From: the human T2T-CHM13v2.0 reference genome, Homo sapiens
Reading direction: 5' to 3' (one strand)
Assembly: GCF_009914755.1 (NCBI RefSeq)
Contig: NC_060947.1
DNA: 64,000 nucleotides
Part shown: positions 27,784 to 39,739 of the stretch, one piece after another
How positions within the stretch are numbered: the first letter of the stretch is position 1
Layout: every line of letters begins with the position of its first letter
Notes under the pieces: generated by a model
Seen by the model: only the letters and a program-made list of their open reading frames with translations
Database searches by the model: none
What the model was told of the DNA's origin: nothing
Program-made: the position numbers and the translations under genes

Positions 27784-30080
27784 AGAGAGAGAGAAAGAGA
27801 AAGAGACAGAGAAAAGAAACTATGTTGTTTAAAATGCCAGCGGAAAGTCCATGGGGGTGAAAGAGTCCGGCAATGGCCAGGGAGTTAGCAGCTTGGCGTA
27901 GTGTCTTCCCACTGTTTTGTCTGTCTTGAGAATAGCATTCAACGCGACTGTGTTCCCGCAGCAGACGTTAGGCCGCTGCCCACGCCTTGAGTGCCGGACG
28001 AGGTCAACATAGGCTTTCCGTCACAGAATATGTTTGGGCAGGAAGATCGGAACACTTGGGGCTGGGCCATCTACCGCTCCCCCACGGCACACACGAGTCG
28101 TCAGGGAAATGCCCGCCTCTGTGTGTGTTGTACGTGCAGCCTTCTGGGCAGAGCCGTGGAGAGTTGGACGTAGGCCAGGTGTGAGGAGGAGAGGTGTGTT
28201 TGGGGTGGCCACTGGCTCCCTTCCTGCGTGACGTAGGCTGGCGTGGGCTCTTCCCCCAGCCCCTTGCCGGTGCTGCCACGTGAGAAGGGCCCGGGTGCCG
28301 GTCCCGCTATTCCGGAATTGTGGGTTCACCTGAAGTTTGAGGCCAAACCCCCAGCGGTCAGTGGGACGCCAGTCGCCTTTGACCTCTTGGTCAAGCTGGC
28401 CTTGCCGTGACCCGTGAGAATGCCCAAGTGCCAATGTGTCCCGGGGGGCAGGGCCGGGGCTGGGATCCTAGTGTGTGCCCAGTCTCCTTCTCGTCCCTGC
28501 GGGTTCCACCATCCTCCCATCCTAACGCATCGTTAGGGATGCGGTTAGGTCGGGTCCATCCCCAGGGCGGTCCAAGGGGACCGCTTTCTGGTTTGTCAGG
28601 AAGGCAGGCTAGTAAGAAGGGTCCCGCCGAGTCCCATCTGCCAAGGACAGGGTCCCGCAGGTGGGCCAGGGCTGGCCCAAAGCGGCCGAGATGCTGATCC
28701 GCCATGTGCGGGGCGCTGTTGGCGTTTTTTCCTCAGCAAAGGGCGGAGGGAGTGGACGTGGGGGAAGGGCAGGTGGGCATTTCTGGAGCAATACTGCCAT
28801 CAAGGGGAACTGGCTTGGCAATCCCGCGCACCCTTCGCTGTGCTCGCCTGGGGAGGAGTGGCTTGGGACTGTCCTGGGGGACCAGGCAGGACTAGGGCAG
28901 GTGCTCGGACGGATCCGAGGTCTCTGGAGGTCCGAGAGAAGCAGGCTCCGCCGCGGGGTCGGGCGGTGGAAGCCCCAGAGAGAGGCGCCAGGACTAGCTG
29001 GACAGCCAGGACGCCGGGCCGTTCCCGGACAGGAAGCCACGGCTCGGGAGCCTGGTGGCGGCCATGATCTGGGCGGGACCAGCGGAGGCCTCCGCCAGGG
29101 AGCCTGGGCTCGGGGCCTTGGGCAGTTTGCCTGGTGCCCCTTCCCGTGGGAGCAACCGGGGTGACGGCCTAGCTGGGTCCTCGGCCCGGGAGGCTCCGTC
29201 GGCCACACTGCACGCCTGCGGTGTGAGGAGGGCCGACTGCCAGTGCTGAGTTCCGTGGCCATTGGCGCCGGTGCCCGCCGCTGCTGGCCGGCGCCGGGGC
29301 GTTCCTCCTTGCGTCCTAGGGAGGAAGGTGGGCCGCGGGGCATCCCGCGGGGCCCGTACCCAGACGGTTCTTGACGAGGTGGACGCAAGGCCAGGCCCGG
29401 CCCGGCCCGGCCCGGCCCGGCCACCCTCAGACGCCGCGCACCCGCCTTGTTGAGACTTGCCACCCTGTCTTGTTGTGTCCATGTCCCCGAGGTTGTCTTG
29501 GAGGCGGGCCGTTCCCCGTGGTGCTCATTTCTGCCTGGGGGCCTTCCGGGGACCCCGCTTGTCTTTGGGGGTGCGCAGGCCCTTGCCCTGCGATCAGAGG
29601 CGCACCGACCGATGAGTTCGGTGGCAAAGCTTGAGAAATGGAGACTCTCTGGGCATCGGCTAAGGGGGCCCGGGGCCTTCCCAGGCCTGCTGGAGTCCGG
29701 GAAGCCGGGGGCACCCAGAAGGAAGGACCCGTCGGACTCTGCCTGGGGACAGCCTGCTCCGCGCCAGAAGGGTCCGCTGCTCAGGCAGCATCCCCGTGCC
29801 TCTCCTCCAGTGGGTCCCTCAGGTAGAATCGGGGCAGGCCCCACTGGACGTGCAGGGAGGAGGCTCGGAGGATGCATCCTTTGCAGGACCCGGTCTGGTA
29901 CAGCAGCAGACGGAGCCATCTCCCGGGGCTTTCTGGCTTCTCCGAGGGTGTTCAGGAGTCTCCCAAGTGCGCAGGGGCTCGTGCCCAAAGGGTGGAGGTC
30001 GGCACCGCTTCGCTCAATTCAGGAGTGGAGAAGGAAGCTAGAGGACCCTCTGGAGGTGGCAGGTTTAATGTCCTGCTTTT

Positions 30081-30119
<39 letters not shown>

Positions 30120-30722
30120 TTTTGTAATCAACTGAAAGAAGGCAGAAGGAGTCGATGGGCCTCTTAGGCCGGAAACCTTACAAGCATAGGACCAAGGCAG
30201 AAAAGGTCCAGAGGGTTCATGGTCCTCCGTTCCACCTGAATCCAGCTAGAGAGCGAGCCAGGGGGATAGGTGTGCCCCTCGTCGCCCGTGCGCTGAGGCA
30301 CTGTCACGCAAAGAGACATTCACCTTCCACGTCAACGCACCTTTAAGGGCGAGAGCGGTCCGCCGTGCCCAAGAGGAACGGGATGACATTCAACTGGGAC
30401 TTGCCTCACCTTGGCTTGGGGGACCTCGAGAGCAGTCCCGTGGGGGCGGTGTTACTCGTGGTGGTAGAAGTGGAGGGCGTGTCCGGGTACTTGAGTTCAT
30501 GGGCATCTCTCCCGCCGCCTCTCAGCCTATCTGCACCATGTCTCACACGTTCAGTTGCAGCTCTTACCGTTTTGAAGGCGCACGTGGGCAAGAAGTCCTG
30601 GGCAGCAGAAGAAAGTCAATCACGTTGAGACAGAGAGAGCAGGAGAGGAAGTGGGCCCCAGTAGAAGTGGGCGAGAGAGCGTTGGGTGGGAACGTGGCAC
30701 GAGAGAGAGAAATTATGAGATT

Positions 30723-30755
<33 letters not shown>

Positions 30756-32990
30756 AGAGAGAGAGAAAGAGAAAGAGACAGAGAAAAGAAACTATGTTGT
30801 TTAAAATGCCAGCGGAAAGTCCATGGGGGTGAAAGAGTCCGGCAATGGCCAGGGAGTTAGCAGCTTGGCGTAGTGTCTTCCCACTGTTTTGTCTGTCTTG
30901 AGAATAGCATTCAACGCGACTGTGTTCCCGCAGCAGACGTTAGGCCGCTGCCCACGCCTTGAGTGCCGGACGAGGTCAACATAGGCTTTCCGTCACAGAA
31001 TATGTTTGGGCAGGAAGATCGGAACACTTGGGGCTGGGCCATCTACCGCTCCCCCACGGCACACACGAGTCGTCAGGGAAATGCCCGCCTCTGTGTGTGT
31101 TGTACGTGCAGCCTTCTGGGCAGAGCCGTGGAGAGTTGGACGTAGGCCAGGTGTGAGGAGGAGAGGTGTGTTTGGGGTGGCCACTGGCTCCCTTCCTGCG
31201 TGACGTAGGCTGGCGTGGGCTCTTCCCCCAGCCCCTTGCCGGTGCTGCCACGTGAGAAGGGCCCGGGTGCCGGTCCCGCTATTCCGGAATTGTGGGTTCA
31301 CCTGAAGTTTGAGGCCAAACCCCCAGCGGTCAGTGGGACGCCAGTCGCCTTTGACCTCTTGGTCAAGCTGGCCTTGCCGTGACCCGTGAGAATGCCCAAG
31401 TGCCAATGTGTCCCGGGGGGCAGGGCCGGGGCTGGGATCCTAGTGTGTGCCCAGTCTCCTTCTCGTCCCTGCGGGTTCCACCATCCTCCCATCCTAACGC
31501 ATCGTTAGGGATGCGGTTAGGTCGGGTCCATCCCCAGGGCGGTCCAAGGGGACCGCTTTCTGGTTTGTCAGGAAGGCAGGCTAGTAAGAAGGGTCCCGCC
31601 GAGTCCCATCTGCCAAGGACAGGGTCCCGCAGGTGGGCCAGGGCTGGCCCAAAGCGGCCGAGATGCTGATCCGCCATGTGCGGGGCGCTGTTGGCGTTTT
31701 TTCCTCAGCAAAGGGCGGAGGGAGTGGACGTGGGGGAAGGGCAGGTGGGCATTTCTGGAGCAATACTGCCATCAAGGGGAACTGGCTTGGCAATCCCGCG
31801 CACCCTTCGCTGTGCTCGCCTGGGGAGGAGTGGCTTGGGACTGTCCTGGGGGACCAGGCAGGACTAGGGCAGGTGCTCGGACGGATCCGAGGTCTCTGGA
31901 GGTCCGAGAGAAGCAGGCTCCGCCGCGGGGTCGGGCGGTGGAAGCCCCAGAGAGAGGCGCCAGGACTAGCTGGACAGCCAGGACGCCGGGCCGTTCCCGG
32001 ACAGGAAGCCATGGCTCGGGAGCCTGGTGGCGGCCATGATCTGGGCGGGACCAGCGGAGGCCTCCGCCAGGGAGCCTGGGCTCGGGGCCTTGGGCAGTTT
32101 GCCTGGTGCCCCTTCCCGTGGGAGCAACCGGGGTGACGGCCTAGCTGGGTCCTCGGCCCGGGAGGCTCCGTCGGCCACACTGCACGCCTGCGGTGTGAGG
32201 AGGGCCGACTGCCAGTGCTGAGTTCCGTGGCCATTGGCGCCGGTGCCCGCCGCTGCTGGCCGGCGCCGGGGCGTTCCTCCTTGCGTCCTAGGGAGGAAGG
32301 TGGGCCGCGGGGCATCCCGCGGGGCCCGTACCCAGACGGTTCTTGACGAGGTGGACGCAAGGCCAGGCCCGGCCCGGCCACCCTCAGACGCCGCGCACAC
32401 GCCTTGTTGAGACTTGCCACCCTGTCTTGTTGTTGTGTCCATGTCCCCGAGGTTGTCTTGGAGGCGGGCCGTTCCCCGTGGTGCTCATTTCTGCCTGGGG
32501 GCCTTCCGGGGACCCCGCTTGTCTTTGGGGGTGCGCAGGCCCTTGCCCTGCGATCAGAGGCGCACCGACCGATGAGTTCGGTGGCAAAGCTTGAGAAATG
32601 GAGACTCTCTGGGCATCGGCTAAGGGGGCCCGGGGCCTTCCCAGGCCTGCTGGAGTCCGGGAAGCCGGGGGCACCCAGAAGGAAGGACCCGTCGGACTCT
32701 GCCTGGGGACAGCCTGCTCCGCGCCAGAAGGGTCCGCTGCTCAGGCAGCATCCCCGTGCCTCTCCTCCAGTGGGTCCCTCAGGTAGAATCGGGGCAGGCC
32801 CCACTGGACGTGCAGGGAGGAGGCTCGGAGGATGCATCCTTTGCAGGACCCGGTCTGGTACAGCAGCAGACGGAGCCATCTCCCGGGGCTTTCTGGCTTC
32901 TCCGAGGGTGTTCAGGAGTCTCCCAAGTGCACAGGGGCTCGTGCCCAAAGGGTGGAGGTCGGCACCGCTTCGCTCAATTCAGGAGTGGAG

Positions 32991-33690
32991 AAGGATCCTA
33001 GAGGACCCTCTGGAGGTGGCAGGTGGAATGTCCTGCTTTTTTTTTCTTTTTAAATGTACTGAAGCAAGGCAGAAGGATTCGGTGGGCCTCTTAGGCCTGA
33101 GACGTTAAAAGCACAGGACCAAAGCAGAAAAGGTCCAGAGGGTTCATGGTTCTCTATTCCACCTGAATACAGCTAGATATTGAGCCAGGTGGATACGTGT
33201 GCCCCTCCTCTCCCGTGTGCAGAGACACTGCCATGCAAAGAGACATTCACCTTCCACTTCAATGCACATTTAAGCGTGACCGCGGTCCGCTGTGACGAAG
33301 AGGTACGGGATGACATTCAGCTGAGTGTTGCCTGATCTTGGCTTGGGGCATCTCGGAAGTTGGCTTCTGGGTGGTGTTGGTGGTCGTCGTAGAAGCGGAG
33401 GGTGTGATCGGATTCTTGCGTAGTTCTCTTGCTGCCTCTCAGCTCATCTGCTCTATGTCTCACGCGTTCAGTTGCCTCTGGTACCTGCCTACGTCGGCAG
33501 GAATTCCTGGATAGTCTAGGAAACCCTATGACGTTGAGACAGAATAAGACAGGAATCGCGCAAAGTAGAAGTGGGCGAGAGAGTGTTGGGTCCGAATGTG
33601 GCAAGAGAGGGAGCGATAGAGTGTGAGAGGGAGCAGAAACCATGTGGTTGATATCCCAAAGAAAGTCGTGCGGGCTAAGGAGTCTGTAAA
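32991..33690 (+). repeat. Diverged terminal monomer segment (array edge)
   Basis: Collinear with monomer positions ~285-1100 (e.g. GCAGAAAAGGTCCAGAGGGTTCATGG, AGAGACATTCACCTTCCAC, GTAGAAGTGGGCGAGAGAG) but with many substitutions and without the TTTA and GA expansions. Confidence 0.9.
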
Positions 33691-34439
33691 TGGCGAGGAA
33701 TATCCTTTTTGATATGACTTGTATGCCTAATCGATCCCCTGGGAGTTTGAACATCTCCTTCGGCAAGTGGACAGGGATACAAAACGGCATCATCCTTCAT
33801 CACTATAAATTTAAAAATAAGAAATTCCCTAGCTATGTTGATTGGATCATAGTGTCCAATATGGCGAAGAAGATTATGTCGGGTGCTAGGCCCAGGCAGT
33901 TACTGCAGCAGAGAGTGTGGTGGTAAAAAAAATAACAAGCAAGGCGTGCTTCACAGCCACTTCATTCTACCTAACGAAACTTGAGACAAATGGAGGAGAG
34001 CAAAGGCATAATTATCCCAGTCTTTTCTCCTGATGTGACCCCTGCTAATTCCTGCTATCCCTCAATCAGGTATCATTCCCTTTCCTAAGCCTTTAAGGTA
34101 GGTCAGACTGCTGAACTGGGCTTGGCCTGGATCTATGAGTACAGGAAAGTGTCAATAATTCCAGGATAAGAGTAAAATCCAGGTACTTGGCCCATCTCAA
34201 GCTATGAGTCTGTGTCTTCGTGAAAGAAACAATTCTACTTAAGATAACCCATATAAACCCAAAAGTGTGCTCAGGAATAGATCAATACAGCTATTCGTTT
34301 TGATGAATTATTTCATAGACATTTATATTTCCCACTGAGAGCATGACAGAAAGGGATACCAGTTCACCCCGAGAACCCAAGCAGAGTAAATCCCACTTCA
34401 AGGTCTTGGACTGGTTTTGGGACTCCCTTTGGATTAGGA

Positions 34440-34790
34440 CAAAAGGCAAGGGGAAAGGTCTGGCAGGCCAGAGTGGTTGGCATTACTGGAGCAAAAGGGC
34501 CATCAAGCAGAAGCTTTTTGAGTATGGCTTCTGGCCCCTCTCTGTATATTCATACTTCTGTTAGGTAACAGGGTAGGTATGTTAGGTAACAGGGTAGGTA
34601 TGGAACACTCAGAGAATTCTGGAGGTGGACATGGGCACCTGAGTGGGTGCCTTCAGAGTTGGTGTGAAAGCGAGGGAACCAGGCTCATCCACCAAGGAGC
34701 CCTGGGCTGCAAGGCCTGTCAGGTCCCAGAGGTGGTGGAGGTCAGGCCTTGTTGGCCGCCATGTTTGGAAACTGGGAGCTGAAGCTACTG
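34440..34790 (+). repeat. Highly decayed same-orientation monomer relic
   Basis: GGCATTACTGGAGCAAAAGGGCCATCAAGCAGAAG (~34479-34513) versus monomer GGCATTTCTGGAGCAATACTGCCATCAAGAGGAAC; TCTGGAGGT (~34618) and TGTTGGCCGCCATG (~34750) follow in monomer order. Boundaries approximate. Confidence 0.55.
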
Positions 34791-36721
34791 CAGGGCATTG
34801 AGACTATGGATCTTTGCTCTTAGTGCAGAAACAAGGTTAGGGGAAGAGAGGGATCCTTGCCCTGGAGGTCTTGGGGCTATGTAAAACCTGAGAACTAATG
34901 TCTCATCTGGAGGACCCAGGCCTAGCCAAATAACGGGGCGGTGGTAGTGGCCACATTATCAGGCGTTATCTCTTGTAAAGAGGAGAGAGAATTTCCTGAT
35001 TATTGGGTACTGCACTGAGACAAGAAATGGTAACCCAGGTGCATTGCATTTCAAGTATTGTCTGGTTTCCTCTTGCTCCCCTCAAAGAAAGGCTGGGTCA
35101 AGGGTGCCACAGGATGCCATTCTGTCAGTCTTCTCCCTAGGGCACAGGGTACCCACTGGTTGTTGATGTTGTGTAGGACATCATCCTGAAGAGTCGAGAG
35201 ACCTAGGACTACATTGAGAGTTTACTTCAGTTTGGGAAAATTCCAGGGTTGCCCTGTTCCCTGATCTCTAGGGGCATGACCTGGTTTGTCTCTTGGGGAC
35301 ATTTGGATTCACACTCATGGTGTTGTATGTTCTGTGGGTTCAGCTGTCCTATGGTGATGGCCCACGCCAAAGGAGCACACTCAAACTACTAATCTCACAG
35401 CCTTGGGCTAGGGACTGATCAGATCTTCTAGGTCTGGATGCTGCCTTGGAGCTTGGCAAATATAAAATCGGTTGGATCCAAGAGTTTTTGCCCAAATATT
35501 ACAACAATCTAACCTGTAGGGAAACTCACACGTGAAAAACACAGGGTAGGAAGCAGCAGTTTTCATCTAGTAGGTGTAAGAAAAATAAAAAAGGAATGAA
35601 GGTCTGGGCTTTGAGATGTCCTCCTTGGTCTTTGGGAAAGTGCAGACCAGGGAACACAAACCAAGGAAGGCAGAAGCTGGCAAATGACATGACCCATCCT
35701 ACAGGTTTTCCAGAAATCACCCCTAGGGAGAGGCAGAGACAACAGAAAAGAGCTATGTGTCAGTGAGCATGCGCCTGGTTCTTGGCAAGGCACACTTGCT
35801 TAATGGGAGGGTGAATGAGATAATTAATATATAAAAAATGTGGATAGGGCTGGGTGCACAGGGAGGGGCACAGTGGGGAAGATGAGGAATGACTAAATGA
35901 AACACTGGTCAATTTGGCAGGGACTCCTGACTCTGAGTCGCAGCTCCCTGAGTACAGGTGGAGAAGGAAGCAAAGTCCATTCCTGTGTATTGCTGTATGA
36001 GCAATCATGTTGGAGTGGCATCAAAGCAAAGGTGAAGATAGCAGAAGGATGTGAAACAGAAATGAATGCAAGGGAGATGGGCCCGCTCCAAGACAAAGGT
36101 CCCGTCCTTTGGAACAGGGACACCAGAAAAACAGGGTTGCAAGAGTGGGTGGCTTCTCAAGGTGGTTGGGCATAGCATTGCTTCAATCATGTCAAAAAAA
36201 AAGAGAAAGGTTTGAGTATGGGCCCACAGGGTCTCAAGCAGCCCGTCTTCTCCCAGAGATTGGAAGAACAATCCAATGCCAGCCACCGCAAGCACCAATG
36301 GCCGTAGAACTCCAGCACTGGGAAGGGACCTTCACTGGGGGTGCCCCATAGCCAAGAAAGCCTCCCAGGCCAGGTACACCTCTAGGGCATCTGGCCCTTT
36401 GCTCCCAAGGGGCACCAGGAAAAGGGCCGATGGCCCTGAGCTGATGCTTCCTGGCCCAGATCTCTGCTAGTCCCTCCCAGACATGGCCGCCACCAGGCTC
36501 CCCAACCAAGACTTCCTGTGCAGGACCAGCCACGCATCCTGGTGCCTATCTCTGGGGCTTCCACGGCCTGAACTGGCCACAGACCCACTTCTGTCAGGCC
36601 TCCAGAGAGCTCAGATCTGTCCGGGCACCAGCCCTAGTCCTGCCTCCTCCCCCACAGCACTCCCAAGCCACTCCTTCCCAGGCAAGCATAGGGAAGGGTG
36701 TGCAGGATTGACAAATGATTT

Positions 36722-36735
36722 CCTCTTGATGGCAG
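36722..36735 (+). promoter_or_regulatory. Candidate CTCF motif in inverted copy
   Basis: CCTCTTGATGGCAG, exact match to the array T-allele motif, opposite orientation. Confidence 0.6.
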
Positions 36736-37835
36736 TATTGCTCCAGAGATGCCTACCTGCCCTTCCCCCAGGTCCACTCCCTCCACCCTTTGCTGAGGAA
36801 AAAACGCCAACATGCTCCACACATGGCCGATCACAATCTTGGCCACTTTGGGCCAGCTCTAGCCCACCTGTGGCACCCTTTCCCTAGGGAGACTGGCCTC
36901 AGCGGAGTCCTCCTAGCCTGCCTTCCTGACAAACAGGAAAGCAGTCCCCTCGGACCGCCCTAGGGTTGGACTTGACCTAACCACATCCCTAACTATGCCT
37001 TTAGAATGGGAGGATGGTGGAGCACTCAGGAAAAAGACAAGAGACTGGGCACAGAGTTGTATCTAAGCCACTCCCTGCCTACTGAGAGACATTTCCACTT
37101 GGGTGTTCCCATGAGTCACTACAAGACCAGCTTGACCACAAGGTCAAAGGCAACCAGCATCCCACAGGCCACTGGGGTGGACTAAAGAGTAAGGTGAACG
37201 TACAATTTTAGAACAGCAGGATTGAGCCCCCGGCTTGTCTCCTGGGGCAGCCCCATGGGGTACAGGCAAAGATAGATGAGACAGGAGGAGTGCCAGGTGC
37301 CACCCCAAACACACCTGGGCTATATCAGTCTCTGGCCAGCTCACCCCAGAATGTTTGAGGTGGGAAAAAACAGACAGGTGTGAGTGCTGTTGAGGACTCC
37401 TGTGTGTCACAGGGGAGCAGTAGATGGGCAAGACCCACTTTTTCTGATCTTCCTCCCCACATATATTCTCTGACAAAAACCTTATTATGACTGTGTTGGG
37501 GCAGAGTAGATATGGGAATACCTTCAACGTGTGCTGCCGAAACACACTGACCACGAACACTGTTGTGAAGATAAGACAGAGAAAATAGAAAAAGCAGACA
37601 ACACCCAAGCTGCTGCCTCCCGGACTCATTCCCAACACTTTGAACCAAACTCTTTTTTTTCTCTCTCTCTTGCCATCTCCCCCTCTAACCCTCTCTCTCT
37701 ATGTTTGTGTATCTGTCTTTCTCCAGGACATCATATCAATGTATTTCTCCTGAACTGTAAGAGATGCAACTGAACGTGTGAGAGGTCATGTCAGTAGGCT
37801 GACAGGCAGCAAGAGAAATGCCCAGGAAACAAGTT

Positions 37836-37849
37836 CCTCTTGATGGCAG
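37836..37849 (+). promoter_or_regulatory. Candidate CTCF motif in inverted copy
   Basis: CCTCTTGATGGCAG, exact. Confidence 0.6.
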
Positions 37850-39725
37850 TATTGCTCCAGAAATGCCCATCTGCTCTTCCCCCAGGTCCATTCCCTCCAC
37901 CCTTTGCTGAGGAGAAAACGCCAACTGCACTCCAAACATGGCTGATCACCATCTCGGCCCTTTTGGGCCAGCTCTGGCCCACAGGCGGGAACTTCTCCCT
38001 TGGGAGACTGGCCTTGGTGGGGTCCTCCTAGCCTGCCTTCCTGACAAACAAGAAAGCAGTCCCCTTGGACAGCCCTAGGGATGGACCAGGCCTAATTGCC
38101 TCCCTAACCATGTTTTTAGCTTGGGAGGATGGTGGAGCCTGCAGGGAAGAGATGGAGACTGGACACACAGTAGGATCCAAGCCCACCTTCTGTCATTTAT
38201 GACACATTTCCACTTGGGCATTCTCATGGGTCACTCCAAGGGCAGGTTGACTACAAGGTGTTTAGGTGGAAGGTGAATGTCTGTTTGAATTGCAGTCTCT
38301 GTGGGCACAGGTATTTACGTGAGTCTGTCTCTTGATTGAGATGGAAAAAGAGGACCATGTATTCTTTGGGACATTTTCTACTATTAGTGCTCTGAAGAAG
38401 GCGGTTCTCCTAAGGATTCAGGCATCAGAGGCTCATCACCTTATGCTTGCTACATTATGTCCCACCCTAAGGAAACAACACATTTCACCTGTCACCTCGA
38501 AAGGGTCCTTTAGGTTTCTTCCCTCTCTTGAATTCTATAGTGGGCTGAGCCTCACCACCATGGACACGCACCCCTGTTCATTTGTCAGCTTTTCTCGACA
38601 TTCTCAAAAGTGCCAGAACTCACCCACCATGGAAAAGAGTCCAGTCCTCTGCGTTACCAGATCCCTTACTGCAAAGGAACATGTCCTCCAAGCTCTAGTG
38701 AAGCACAACATGTTGGACATGGCCATATTCTACTCTGCAGACACACTTGAATAGAGGCAGGGGTATGTCCAGGTGAATGAGCCAGGGCCAAGCGTCATTC
38801 ACTACATTTGCCTGAGCATGCCCCAGAAGTTCTTTCTGGCACCCAGCAGGATCTCCTGAGGCCAAGCCCGATGGGTCTGTCCTTTTGTGTCATCTTAGCT
38901 TCTGGAATTTCAGCAGGTTTGGGACCACCCTCTCCCTAACAGTTTATACCCAGAGTCTCCATTTTGAAACGCTTGCCACAAAACACATTGGTCCACTTCT
39001 GATCACAGGACAAGGGCCTGCCCACCCTCAAAGCACAGGCTGAGTTGGCAGAAGGCTTCCAAGCAAAAATGAGCACCATAGATAATAGCCCACCTCCAAG
39101 GGAACATTTGGGGCATGGGAACAACAAAAGAGGGTCACGGGGTGGGGGGGCGCAGGGCACAGTGTCTCAAGGTAGCTGGGCATTGCCTTACATCCACTTT
39201 GTCAATGACAGTCTGGGTACCAGCCCTGCAGGATTGCTGCCCATTTTCTTCCCTAGGATGGAGGAACACCCCAGCGCTCTCCAACCACTGGCACCAATGG
39301 CTGCAGAACTCCAGTGCTAAGTGTGGCCCCTTCTCAATGGTGTGCACTGCAGCCAGGGGAGCCTCCCAGGGCTCAGGACCCAGCTAGGCCATCAGGATTC
39401 TTGCTCCCAAGGGTAGGGGCACCAGGCAAACTGCCCACGCCCGGAGCCCATGCTCCTTGGCTGAGGCCTCCGCTAGTCCCGCCCAGACATGGCCACCACC
39501 AGGCTCCCAAGACATGGCTTCCCAGGCATCCTGGATGTCCAGGTCACCCTGGCCTAACTCAGGGGCCTCCATGGCCTGAGCCACAGGCCCCATTTCCCAC
39601 AGGCCTCCAGAGAGCTCGGATCTGTCTGGGCACTGGCCCTAGTCCTGCCTGGTTCTCCACAGCACTCCCAAGCCACTCCTCCCCAGCAAGCACAGGGAAA
39701 GATGCACGGGATTGCCACACAAGTT

Positions 39726-39739
39726 CCTCTTGATGGTAG
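39726..39739 (+). promoter_or_regulatory. Candidate CTCF motif, variant
   Basis: CCTCTTGATGGTAG; one change in the GGC core, probably weakened. Confidence 0.35.

Larger units (their letters stand above)
1..32990. repeat. DXZ4: DXZ4-type macrosatellite tandem array (~2.97-kb monomers); runs off the left window edge
   Basis: The sequence at base 1 recurs at 2981, 5961, 8937, 11915, 14887, 17859, 20831, 23803, 26773, 29749 and 32709 (periods 2980, 2980, 2976, 2978, 2972 x4, 2970, 2976, 2960, read from the recurring ORF coordinates). Units differ by a few SNVs and microsatellite lengths. A ~3-kb GC/CpG-rich unit with internal TAAA, CT and GGGCC repeats is the established description of DXZ4 at Xq23. 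The tandem structure is seen directly; the name is by recognition. Confidence 0.93.

Noticed and set aside
1-32990. Tandem gene array or rDNA/5S/U2/tRNA cluster
   Set aside because: No recognisable structural RNA gene or protein domain in the monomer.
1-32990. Whole array as an assembly or concatemer artefact
   Set aside because: Monomers carry structured, linked SNVs and microsatellite alleles and grade into diverged edge copies, as expected of a real array. The exact copy number still needs read support.
1-33108. Dozens of recurring short ORFs, including FIYL- and ERER-repeat peptides
   Set aside because: They overlap in all six frames, many start at non-ATG codons, they are translations of GC-rich or microsatellite DNA, and their ends shift with microsatellite length.
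34559-34602. 21-bp direct duplication TGTTAGGTAACAGGGTAGGTA
   Set aside because: Two-copy slippage duplication; no spacer or array structure.
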